From contig JAZLIK010000111.1 in the NCBI GenBank assembly GCA_045617345.1, positions 8,044 through 72,043 on the forward strand: a stretch of DNA of 64,000 bases, in the 5' to 3' direction. Numbering within the stretch: position 1 is the first letter of the stretch; each line of letters opens with the position of its first letter. The stretch comes from Lachnospiraceae bacterium (GTDB taxonomy: Bacteria > Bacillota > Clostridia > Lachnospirales > Lachnospiraceae). Under the pieces are notes generated by a model. That model saw nothing but the letters and a program-made list of their open reading frames with translations. It was not told the origin of the DNA and did not search any database. The translations under genes were made by a program, and so were the position numbers. This document shows positions 36,956-46,330 of the stretch, piece by piece.

Positions 36956-37049
36956 TGTGCTCATTATCACCCGGCTGTGAGCAGTAACGGGGACATGTTA
37001 CTGATTATTGGATAGAAGTGTAAGTTAGAAAATACTGCGGAGGACAGAG

Positions 37050-38216
37050 ATGAGGAGAAACAGGATAATATGGCTGTTGGTATGGATTTTATCCGTAGTC
37101 GGCATCAGTTTTTTCGGTGGTGCGGTAAGCTATGGTTTCTTTATTGTTGCCACAATCACGCCTGTTATTTCTCTGCTCTATCTTGTTTATGTTTTGTTTT
37201 TCTACAGAATATACCAGAAAATTGAAACGAAGGGACTTGTTGTAAACAGCACTGTTCCTTTTTTCTTTACGCTTGTTAATGAGTATCCTTTGTCGTTTGC
37301 GGGTATCAGAGTGAAGTTTTTTTCGGATTTTTCTGATATCATCGGGCTGGACGACAGTATTGAATATGAACTCGGATCGAAGGAAGGCGTTACCAGGGAA
37401 ACGGGGCTTGTCTGCAAATACAGGGGCGAATATGAGGTTGGTATAAAGACGGTAATTATTCAGGATTATCTTCGACTGTTTAAGTTTTCGATTAATAATC
37501 CCGAAACACTTAAGGTTCAGGTGAAGCCTGAACTGGTTTACCTTGATTCCTTAAGCTCCATTGAAGATGAAAGTGTGGCGAAGCTTTCGGCAGCAGGGGA
37601 CACGGAGCCTGATGTTTTGACCGGAAAATATGTACCCGGAGATGATATCAGGCTGATTAACTGGTCTCAGGCTGCAAAAAACGGTGAACTTACCGTCAGA
37701 AAAAGAATAGGCGAGGCTCAGCAGAATGTGGCGGTGATTGTTGATACCTGCAGATATGACAAGCTTCCCGAGCACTTTATACCGAACGAAAACAAGGTCC
37801 TTGAGACCGCACTCGCATTGTCTCTTTATCTTGCAAAGAAAGGAATTCCCGTGCTGGAATTTCATCTTGCAAGCGGGATTTCCGCTTTTGGGCTGTCTTC
37901 AATGGTTAAATTTGATGAATTCTACAATGTGATGTCTGAAGTCAGATTCTCCGAAAACAGGTCACAGAAGGCTCTTTTCAGCGAGGTGGCCGCATGTCAT
38001 GGGACAGAACACAGCAGAGCGGTTTTTATGGTGCTTCAGCGATGGTCTGAGGCTGCGGACCGGATGTGCATGATGCTGGAACTGATAAACACACCGGTGA
38101 CCGTATATCTGATTGGCAACCGTGATGAAACCGAAAAAGCAGCGGAAGCGCGACAGTACAGGAATGTTCATTTTGTCGGTATATCCGCAGACGATGATTT
38201 GAGGAGCTGCTTATGA
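37050..38216 (+). CDS. DUF58 domain protein (MoxR-associated)
   Basis: N-terminal two-TM segment and its position between the MoxR and transglutaminase genes. DUF58 assignment is from the layout and is partly contextual. Confidence 0.65.
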   Translation: MRRNRIIWLLVWILSVVGISFFGGAVSYGFFIVATITPVISLLYLVYVLFFYRIYQKIETKGLVVNSTVPFFFTLVNEYPLSFAGIRVKFFSDFSDIIGLDDSIEYELGSKEGVTRETGLVCKYRGEYEVGIKTVIIQDYLRLFKFSINNPETLKVQVKPELVYLDSLSSIEDESVAKLSAAGDTEPDVLTGKYVPGDDIRLINWSQAAKNGELTVRKRIGEAQQNVAVIVDTCRYDKLPEHFIPNENKVLETALALSLYLAKKGIPVLEFHLASGISAFGLSSMVKFDEFYNVMSEVRFSENRSQKALFSEVAACHGTEHSRAVFMVLQRWSEAADRMCMMLELINTPVTVYLIGNRDETEKAAEARQYRNVHFVGISADDDLRSCL

Positions 38217-40417
38217 CTTATTTTCTGTATGACCTTCTCTATATGCTGCCTGTATGCCTGATGGCAGTTATTTCGTGCGGTGAACTGCTTCAAATCCCTG
38301 AAGGAAGTCCATGGGGACCGGTGCTGGCGGTGATTATTGTAATATTAACGGACGGGGTACGAAGAGCCGGGAAAAGATTAAAAATACTGCTTGTGGGAAT
38401 ACCTGCGGTATTTTTTGTCGGAGTCTGTACGGTACTGATAATTATTGGGAAAGCGGAGCTGCTGACGGAAAATATATGGGTTTTATGGGTATTCCTGGCA
38501 GCAGAGGCTTCTTTTGCGGCGGGGCTGTTACTGACAAGGGGTTTCGCGGTACGAAGAATTGCATCCGTTCTGCTTACGGTGGCAGCGGTCCTGGTTATGA
38601 CCGGGAATCTGGAAGCGGATAAAGCAGTGGTCGCCCTATATTTCTTTCTGATGCTTCTGTTCCTGGTTGAAGAGGTTCAGAAAAGCTGGAAGAAAGGCGG
38701 AAATACCGATGGAAGAAAGCATCTGGTAAATATCTCACCGTTTATTCTGATTATACTTTTACTTGTTTATAAAATTCCTGCGCCCGAGGAACCCTATGAC
38801 TGGGAGCTTTTTATCAAAGTCTGGGACAAAATGGTGACCGGAATAAAGAAGCTTACCAGTGAATTGTTTTACCATGAGGATGAATATGCCGTGATGGGAT
38901 TTACGGACGAAAATTCCATAGCCGGTAATATATCCAGTGAGGATCCGAGGGAAATTATGGTGCTCGGAGGCTTTGGATATCACGAAAACAAGGTGTATCT
39001 CGGAGGTAAAATATTCGATACCTTCAACGGAAGAGAGTGGACAGCCGATTTTTCCGAGGAAGGCCATCGCCGAATGATGGATACGCTGGAAACACAGTGC
39101 GCAGTCAGAAAATACGACCCTAAATTTATGAACGATTACCTGTATTCTGCGGAGATTGACATTTCTTACAGAATGCATAACACAAAATTTATCTTTCTGC
39201 CGTTGAAGTCATTAATAAGCGGAAACGAGGTCTCGGGTATCCTTTTTAACGAAAAGAGCGACAGTGTTGAATCGGAGGATACACTTGGATATGATGCTTC
39301 GTATAATTACAGGTATTATTGCCTGAACATGAGGAGCAGTCTTTTTAACGACATGCTTGTAAATCACGATAAAATCACGGAAGAAGACTGGAATGAAAAT
39401 ATAGTCAATGCCAGGCTTGATGGTAATCCGGAATACTCGTACCCGGAATATCTGAAATACAGGGAAGAAATTCAGGAGAACTATACGCAGGAAATTACGC
39501 TTTCTGCAGAACTCAGAAGCGTCCTTGACGAATTATTTGACGGAACACAGAGTGATTTAGAGAGACTGCGGTGCCTGGAACAATACCTTGGGGAGTTTGA
39601 ATATTCCACTAATCCCGGTGTGCTTCCGGACAGCGTTGATTCACTGGAGCAGTTTCTGGACTATTTGATTCTTGATAAAAAAGAGGGTTACTGCATTCAT
39701 TATGCTACGGCTTTTTCACTGATTGCGCGTGCCATGGGTCTGCCCACCAGGTTTGTTCAGGGGTATTATGTGCCGAGGATCGGTTCGGAAAGTACTGTCG
39801 TTACATCGGCAATGGCGCATGCATGGCCTGAGGTGTATATTGAGGATATCGGCTGGATAGGCTTCGAGCCTACGCCGGGGCATAAAATCGATGAGGGCTG
39901 GGTCCTTAGTAACCGCTCGGATGTGGTAAACGAGGGTGCGTTCCCTCATAAATTGCCATCGCAGGAGGAAGATGATAATAAATCGTCATTGCAGGAGGAA
40001 GAGAAACAGTCGGTAGGTGTCGTGATTATTCTGATTCCGTTCGGGCTGCTGATTGTATTTTTGATTGCATATATCTACATTTCAGCATTGGTTTCTCATA
40101 TACATTATAAGAAACTCGATACTTCGGGTAAAACAGCGGAATTATGCAGAAAAAGCATAAAGCTTCTGAGCGGCATGGAAAGAAAGCTTTTACCGGGAGA
40201 AACCCTGGCGGAATACAGGACAGAGCTTATTAAGGCGGGTATTCCGGAAAGTGCTCTGAGTAATATTGTAATATTTGAGGAGTTATCCTACAGAAGCGGC
40301 GAGGTTTCACCGGAAACGCTTGAAAATGCCGAAAAATCCTATGAAATACTGTTGGGTGTTCTGAAGAGGAGGAGCAGATTCGGATACGTGATGTATACTC
40401 TCGGGGGAAGACGATAA
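38213..40417 (+). CDS. transglutaminase-domain membrane protein
   Basis: N-terminal multi-TM region and a transglutaminase core EGYCIHYATAFSLIARAMGLPTRFVQGY ... HAWPEVY. 4-nt overlap with the DUF58 gene. Confidence 0.85.
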   Translation: MTYFLYDLLYMLPVCLMAVISCGELLQIPEGSPWGPVLAVIIVILTDGVRRAGKRLKILLVGIPAVFFVGVCTVLIIIGKAELLTENIWVLWVFLAAEASFAAGLLLTRGFAVRRIASVLLTVAAVLVMTGNLEADKAVVALYFFLMLLFLVEEVQKSWKKGGNTDGRKHLVNISPFILIILLLVYKIPAPEEPYDWELFIKVWDKMVTGIKKLTSELFYHEDEYAVMGFTDENSIAGNISSEDPREIMVLGGFGYHENKVYLGGKIFDTFNGREWTADFSEEGHRRMMDTLETQCAVRKYDPKFMNDYLYSAEIDISYRMHNTKFIFLPLKSLISGNEVSGILFNEKSDSVESEDTLGYDASYNYRYYCLNMRSSLFNDMLVNHDKITEEDWNENIVNARLDGNPEYSYPEYLKYREEIQENYTQEITLSAELRSVLDELFDGTQSDLERLRCLEQYLGEFEYSTNPGVLPDSVDSLEQFLDYLILDKKEGYCIHYATAFSLIARAMGLPTRFVQGYYVPRIGSESTVVTSAMAHAWPEVYIEDIGWIGFEPTPGHKIDEGWVLSNRSDVVNEGAFPHKLPSQEEDDNKSSLQEEEKQSVGVVIILIPFGLLIVFLIAYIYISALVSHIHYKKLDTSGKTAELCRKSIKLLSGMERKLLPGETLAEYRTELIKAGIPESALSNIVIFEELSYRSGEVSPETLENAEKSYEILLGVLKRRSRFGYVMYTLGGRR

Positions 40418-40658
40418 GAAAAACTGTGAGGGTTGTTGACTTTATTATTTACCGTCCGGTCAAAACATTCATAAAGCTTGACACAAAACCAGTGACTATG
40501 TGGTGAACAGTAACTTGTTGACCAATCAATTGATGAGTGGTATCATGTAAAATATGATATAGGCCTTCGACCGAAAAGCAGTCGGGGCATATAAATGTGC
40601 TTTGGGCAGACCGTGAACAATATAACCCGGAGTTCACATTTTAGAGGGGGACTTTACG

Positions 40659-41363
40659 ATGGATTCATTATATGTGGTAATGCCGGCTTACAATGAGGAG
40701 GCAAATATTGAGGCCGTTGTCAGACAGTGGTATCCGGTGCTTCAAGGCAAAGGCGAGGCATCGCGTCTGGTCATTGCAGACAGCGGAAGCTCTGACAAAA
40801 CACATGAAATACTTGAAAATCTGAAGAAGGAAATGACTCAGCTGGAAATACTTACCGAGACTGAAAAACAGCACGGACCAAAGGTTATAGCACTTTACGA
40901 TTATGCTATAAAGCAGGGTGCGGATTATGTATTTCAGACAGATTCCGACGGACAGACAAACCCGGATGAATTTGAGGAATTCTGGCAGGCTCGTACCGAA
41001 TATGACGGTGTGTTCGGACACAGAAATGCAAGAGGAGACGGTAAATCGCGTGCTTTCGTGGAAAAGGTGGTTTGCTTACTGCTGAAGCTTTATTTCAAGG
41101 TCAAGGTGCCTGATGCAAATGCACCGTTCAGACTGATGAAGACAGAGGTAGTGAAGAAGTATTTGTACAAGCTTCCTTCGGATTACAATATTCCGAACAT
41201 TATGATGACAACATACTTTGTTCATTACAAGGAGAAGACGGTTTTCAAACCGATTACCTTCAAGCCCCGTCAGGGAGGAAAGAACTCTATCAATATCAAA
41301 AAGATTTTCAAAATCGGCTGGAAGGCACTCGGAGATTTCAGAAGACTGAAGAAGGAAATGTAA
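40659..41363 (+). CDS. family 2 glycosyltransferase
   Basis: VVMPAYNEE and DSDGQ motifs, 234 aa. Confidence 0.8.
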   Translation: MDSLYVVMPAYNEEANIEAVVRQWYPVLQGKGEASRLVIADSGSSDKTHEILENLKKEMTQLEILTETEKQHGPKVIALYDYAIKQGADYVFQTDSDGQTNPDEFEEFWQARTEYDGVFGHRNARGDGKSRAFVEKVVCLLLKLYFKVKVPDANAPFRLMKTEVVKKYLYKLPSDYNIPNIMMTTYFVHYKEKTVFKPITFKPRQGGKNSINIKKIFKIGWKALGDFRRLKKEM

Positions 41364-41424
41364 GAAGCAGACAGGGCAATTTGTTCTGTAAGGTAACTGA
41401 GAACCTGCTGCGTATTAATAGGTG

Positions 41425-41991
41425 TCAGTTATTTTGATGCGGCAATAATTTATATATCATATATAGAATTTCAGCACTTATTATTCCAATGAATACCGCA
41501 GAACTAACAGACGGATTTATTAAATGAAATAATACTATAATACCCAAAAAGAAGATTAGCATGAATATGCTTTTCTTCTTTTGCTTTTTTAAGTATACGG
41601 TGTCATTGGCGTGTTCATTTCGGTGTATAATTGGATTCGATTGTGTGCGAAGAATGATAAGAAGAACAATAACAATAATTTTTATTAAAAGAGAAATGTT
41701 TGTAAAAAACTGTATTGCCGAAAGTGATATTATACCTAAAATGATACTTGCCAGAATGCATCTAAAATGAGATTTCGCATGATATCCGCCGATAATGTTT
41801 CTGTAAACCAAAAAAGAACCGAGCCAACATAACATGGGGAGCATCATTGCATGAAATGCCGAATAGACGATGTAAATCAGTACCGGAATGAAAGTATTAA
41901 TGATACACTCCAATCCGTATGTAAGTATATCACACTGATCTTTATTGTTACTTAATTTACCGGCCAAATATCTGGAGATTGATTTTACCAT
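41425..41991 (-). CDS. agrB: accessory gene regulator B (AgrB-family peptide-processing membrane protein)
   Basis: 188 aa, multi-TM, with the conserved GGYHAKSHFRC motif. RBS AAGGAG. Confidence 0.75.
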   Translation of the reverse strand: MVKSISRYLAGKLSNNKDQCDILTYGLECIINTFIPVLIYIVYSAFHAMMLPMLCWLGSFLVYRNIIGGYHAKSHFRCILASIILGIISLSAIQFFTNISLLIKIIVIVLLIILRTQSNPIIHRNEHANDTVYLKKQKKKSIFMLIFFLGIIVLFHLINPSVSSAVFIGIISAEILYMIYKLLPHQNN

Positions 41992-42184
41992 AATGTTGGT
42001 GCTCCTTATGTTGTTAAGCTTATAGACTTTGCTTAATCGTTTATTTGTATTTCTGTTAGTTATTGCGTTCCTTTATGCCTATTGCCCTGTTGATTTTCCA
42101 TAGTCCAATAATAAGGTGCATGAGCGAAAAATTAGGTCTGGTTTTGAAGTTATTGTCACTGCTTGTTGCGAATGGTAACCATTA

Positions 42185-42952
42185 TTACAAATCGCGAAAA
42201 CTATCTGCAATAAGCTCCATGAGTGCGCTTTTTGTTTTTGGGATATAGTTTCTGCCAATAGTCTGATTCGTATTATTTGATAAATACAATAATGATCCTG
42301 AAAATGAACGAACATGATTAATGTTGACAATACAGGATTTGTGACAGCGAATGAATTGGCTGGGTAGTCTACTCTCTATAGTATTTAACGATGTTCGTTC
42401 AGAGTAATTTTGTTCGATGGAATTAATGATGCAGTCATGACCTAAGCGGGTTATGGCAATGATATTGTTATATGGAATCTGGATTATTTTCCCGTCATCG
42501 TGCAGATAGTAAAAATCAGGAGCATGGAGAGATACATATTGGTTCATACATTTATTTATTTGAGAAGGGTTGATAGGTTTTAAAAGATAATTTGCAGCTC
42601 TGACACTGTATCCGTGAAATACATATTCTTTATAAGCAGTAAGAAATATTATGTCTCCTTTAAATCCTTTTTTTCTTAACTGACTGCAGATTTCTATGCC
42701 ATTTTCCGAAAAAACGTCATCAGTGTCTGCTTTAGATTTTTGAGTGAAGGTATTTTTTGACGCGGGGACGTTAATATCGGAGAACAGAAGGTGACAGGCA
42801 GATATGTTATCCGATTTTAACAATTCGTTACCATTAACAAAGTGATGTGTATGAATTATGTTTCCATTGCATTCTGCCCACTTGGACAGAATAATTTTAA
42901 GCATATTATAGTCATAATAGTTATCTTCTAAAATAAATATATTTATGTTCAT
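42185..42952 (-). CDS. LytTR-family response regulator (AgrA-like)
   Basis: REC domain with an insertion, plus a LytTR C-terminal domain. Adjacent to an HPK10 kinase and agrB. Confidence 0.8.
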   Translation of the reverse strand: MNINIFILEDNYYDYNMLKIILSKWAECNGNIIHTHHFVNGNELLKSDNISACHLLFSDINVPASKNTFTQKSKADTDDVFSENGIEICSQLRKKGFKGDIIFLTAYKEYVFHGYSVRAANYLLKPINPSQINKCMNQYVSLHAPDFYYLHDDGKIIQIPYNNIIAITRLGHDCIINSIEQNYSERTSLNTIESRLPSQFIRCHKSCIVNINHVRSFSGSLLYLSNNTNQTIGRNYIPKTKSALMELIADSFRDL

Positions 42953-42956
42953 AATG

Positions 42957-44264
42957 TCAGTCCTCTGAGTACATAAGTGGAATCAGGATAGAAACAGAAA
43001 ATAAGTCTGACTCCGGTTCAATATTAATTAATGAGTTGTATTTCTTGAGAATGCTATGTATTCTATTTAGTCCCAATCCATGGTCTGTTGAATAGGGAGT
43101 ATGAGTAGGATGGTGAATATTTTTAGGATAGTTTCCATTAGAAGAATTTTTCATAAAGATAGACAGCATATCTTTATATGGTTTAATAAATAGAGTAATG
43201 TATTTGTTTTCTGTAAGCATGTTGCAGGCATTAATTGCATTATCAAATAAGTTTCCAATAAGCGAACAGAATTCAACATCGGTGAGAGGGATTCCGTCAG
43301 GGAGACAAAGGGAATAATCTACGTGAATATCATCTTTTTTGCAGGTTCTAAGTTTGGTGGTAATAATACAGTCCAGTGAAGTAATCCCTGAAGAAACCAT
43401 AATGCTTGCACTGCTGACGTCGACAGCCAGATTGTTGACATATTGTTTTAAATCATCAGTGTTTTCTTGTGCAATCATTTTCTTTATGGTTTCAAGATGA
43501 TTTGTCAGGTCATGTTTAAGATAGCGTAATTCCAAAACAGAAGATTCTATTTCTTTATATTGTTTTAATTCGGTTTTTTCAAGAGTGTTTATTTCCGCCA
43601 GTTTTATGGTTTTGTCCTGTTCAATTCCGAGTTTATATACAAAAAAAGTAAAACATATATATATTAAAAGAACGAGGAAAAAAAGCACATACAGTATTTT
43701 ATATACGCTCAATTCGGAATCTGTGTATACCTGTGCGAATTCGATTATGGATTCAATCGCAAGACACAGAACTGATATTATCAGGAAAATAGTCTGTTGA
43801 ACCGAAGTAATGTAAAATGAACGTGGACGAATCAACAACAGAATAGATACAAATAATGAAATAATAAGGATATAAATAAGGGTAGAATAAAATCTAAATT
43901 CACCGTTAAACAGCAGAGAATTGAGATCGCAATTGAAAATATAATTTGGAATAATTGTTATCAGCGAATCGGCTGTCAATTCTATGATGCTGTATACAAT
44001 AAGCCAAAAAGCAATCGATATAAATCGATCATGGTATAAATAAAGAAGCAGTAACAGTCGTGATATTGCTAAAATAGCTGTTGTGATCAGGTAAGGTAGT
44101 TCTGCGTAGTTTGATACAAAAATTACTGCTGCAAGAAACAGAACAGCCGCTGTCATTCTTGTACTGTAGTGAGATAGTTTTCTTGAAATAAGTTTGTGTG
44201 ATGTTAATACAAACAATAACACTGTTTCTAATAAATCAATCAGTAATTCCCATAAATATGTCAT
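42957..44264 (-). CDS. AgrC-like sensor histidine kinase (HPK10/GHKL)
   Basis: Roughly 6-7 N-terminal TMs. H-box LKHDLTNHL, GNLFDNAINA, DHGLGL. Confidence 0.8.
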   Translation of the reverse strand: MTYLWELLIDLLETVLLFVLTSHKLISRKLSHYSTRMTAAVLFLAAVIFVSNYAELPYLITTAILAISRLLLLLYLYHDRFISIAFWLIVYSIIELTADSLITIIPNYIFNCDLNSLLFNGEFRFYSTLIYILIISLFVSILLLIRPRSFYITSVQQTIFLIISVLCLAIESIIEFAQVYTDSELSVYKILYVLFFLVLLIYICFTFFVYKLGIEQDKTIKLAEINTLEKTELKQYKEIESSVLELRYLKHDLTNHLETIKKMIAQENTDDLKQYVNNLAVDVSSASIMVSSGITSLDCIITTKLRTCKKDDIHVDYSLCLPDGIPLTDVEFCSLIGNLFDNAINACNMLTENKYITLFIKPYKDMLSIFMKNSSNGNYPKNIHHPTHTPYSTDHGLGLNRIHSILKKYNSLINIEPESDLFSVSILIPLMYSED

Positions 44265-44477
44265 AACAATATCCTCGTATGTTTATTTAGCCCGAGTGTC
44301 CGGCGGATTAATTCGGACAATGCTAATTATTGTCTGCCGAAACTCATTTACTTTGGCTTATTATATGATTTTAAGACGGGTAAATATTTCAGCGAATCTA
44401 TAGTTAATGAATAGCCATTTTTCGAAGAAAAATGAGCGGATTTTGAATGTTTTTAGCATTTCGAGAGCACAAAGTGT

Positions 44478-44532
44478 AAAGAAATGCGTGTATCGTTAGG
44501 CGTCAGCTCTTTTGACACCATAACCATAATAT
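44478..44532 (+). promoter_or_regulatory. conserved box, copy 1 (GAAATGCGTGTATCRTTAGGCGTCAGCTCTTTTGACACCATAAYCATARTAT)
   Basis: 52 nt with 3 mismatches relative to copy 2. Lies upstream of the lipoprotein/ABC genes. Confidence 0.55.
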
Positions 44533-44818
44533 GAATTCTTACTTATATCATAGCATAATGATTTATTTATTAATAGATGGTTTATTGCGTTATGTGACCA
44601 AATTACTGTTGTTTGCGCATTAACATATTGTGATTTTGTGTGCGTATGGTAATCTCATTGAGGAAGCTGTTATGTTAGCTTTAGTTTGTCATCCGGTGAC
44701 AGAAGTGTAAAGATATCTTCTGAGCACTATATTGATAATTCGGGTACTGTTTTGGCATATGGGCAGACCTCGTTGCTGTATCCGTAATTTAGTATGAACA
44801 CTATGGGGGATATTTGTC

Positions 44819-46282
44819 ATGAGAAAAATTAAGCTGTTATTTTGTATAGCTTTTTCTGTCGTTTTTGTATTGTATGGTTGTCAGAATTCAGATACATCAA
44901 AGAATGACAAGGAGAGTTCTTCAACATCTTCAGTATCTTCGGTATCGATACATGACATAGATTATGAATGTGAGAGTCAGGTTGTAAATGATACCGAAAA
45001 AACAATTGTCAGTGAAAAGGACAAAAATACAATTGTCATTGCTTTCCCATTAACATACGGTTTGTATGGAGTGGACAGAACGGTGGATATACTGAATACA
45101 AAACTTGCAGCTGACGGATATCCCTATAAAGTTGAAATACAGTATATTGATGATACGGGAGAAAACGGATATCGGGGCTATGTAGACAATGTATGTGACT
45201 GTGATGCAGATATTGTTCATACAGGGCTCAGAATGACAGGAGAGGCATATAATCCGGCTTATACTGCAGCTAAAGCCGGCAAATATCTGAAATTGAATGA
45301 TTATCTGGAACAGAGCTTGTTATATGATTTTTATCCTGAGAAGGTTTGGAATTCGGTAAGGATAAATGACGGCGTATACTGTATTCCAAATTTGTCGTCC
45401 CCGGATTGCGGAGTGACGCTTCTGATAAGCAAAAAAGATTTTACGCAGGAACAGATTGATACATTTGATGGGACTTTTGAAGGTTTAATACCATTAATAA
45501 AAGCAAATGATAAAAAGTTGTTTTTCTTTGCCGGTCTGGATTGTATTCCGGCCATGTACGAGAGTGAAACGGTGAAAAATACTTTCGCATGGCTGACAAA
45601 AGGTGATAAAGGGTATGAAAATATCCTAAATATGGATTCGATAAAAAATTCACTTAGTTTTCTAAATGAAATGCAGAATGATGGTCGTATCTTATGTTAT
45701 GAGGATTGCAGGCTTTATTCGGATGAGTGGTCAGTAGCTTTGTTTTATATGGATAATTCAGCGGTTTATTCCGACGAAGAATATTGGAGATTTGATTATG
45801 CAAGGAATGTTAAAGAACATTTTGGAAATACTCTTGCTATTCGCGCTGATTCACACAATCCTAAGGGAGCATTTGACCTGCTTGAACTTTTGATTACGGA
45901 TTCTGAGTATGCAAATTTACTGATATATGGAGTTGACTGCGAAACACTTGACGGAATGACTGTAAACGGCTATGGGGAACCTAAATACACTTATGTGGAC
46001 AGAATGTATTGGGGGATTGAAATTGGTATTGTCAAAAGTATAGAAGACAGATTAACTTTTTCTTCCTCGGATGAATGCAAAGCATACTATGATAAATATA
46101 CCCGTGAATGTTATGACGTGAAGCTGATGGAGTATGAAGATTTGTTTACAGAGAAAAGAACGATTGACAGTGAAATAGAAAATCTGGTCGGTACATCAGG
46201 TGACTTTAGTGAAAAATATGAGTTGTGCAGACAGAAAATGGATGAGATAACCGAAAAGATTAATCTTAAAGAAATTGAATAA
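44819..46282 (+). CDS. lipoprotein, possibly solute-binding-protein-like
   Basis: Lipobox LYGC after a signal peptide, then a Ser-rich linker. The SBP-like resemblance is tentative. Confidence 0.55.
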   Translation: MRKIKLLFCIAFSVVFVLYGCQNSDTSKNDKESSSTSSVSSVSIHDIDYECESQVVNDTEKTIVSEKDKNTIVIAFPLTYGLYGVDRTVDILNTKLAADGYPYKVEIQYIDDTGENGYRGYVDNVCDCDADIVHTGLRMTGEAYNPAYTAAKAGKYLKLNDYLEQSLLYDFYPEKVWNSVRINDGVYCIPNLSSPDCGVTLLISKKDFTQEQIDTFDGTFEGLIPLIKANDKKLFFFAGLDCIPAMYESETVKNTFAWLTKGDKGYENILNMDSIKNSLSFLNEMQNDGRILCYEDCRLYSDEWSVALFYMDNSAVYSDEEYWRFDYARNVKEHFGNTLAIRADSHNPKGAFDLLELLITDSEYANLLIYGVDCETLDGMTVNGYGEPKYTYVDRMYWGIEIGIVKSIEDRLTFSSSDECKAYYDKYTRECYDVKLMEYEDLFTEKRTIDSEIENLVGTSGDFSEKYELCRQKMDEITEKINLKEIE

Positions 46283-46330
46283 TGATTTTTTGCCGACTAA
46301 TGGTAAATAATCTATTGAATGGAGTGGCAG

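Noticed and set aside
42056-42121. A 21-aa minus-strand ORF (MHLIIGLWKINRAIGIKERNN) between the RR gene and agrB, considered as AgrD.
   Set aside because: It is too short. It has no Cys or Ser for ring formation, no acidic C-terminal tail and no clear RBS.
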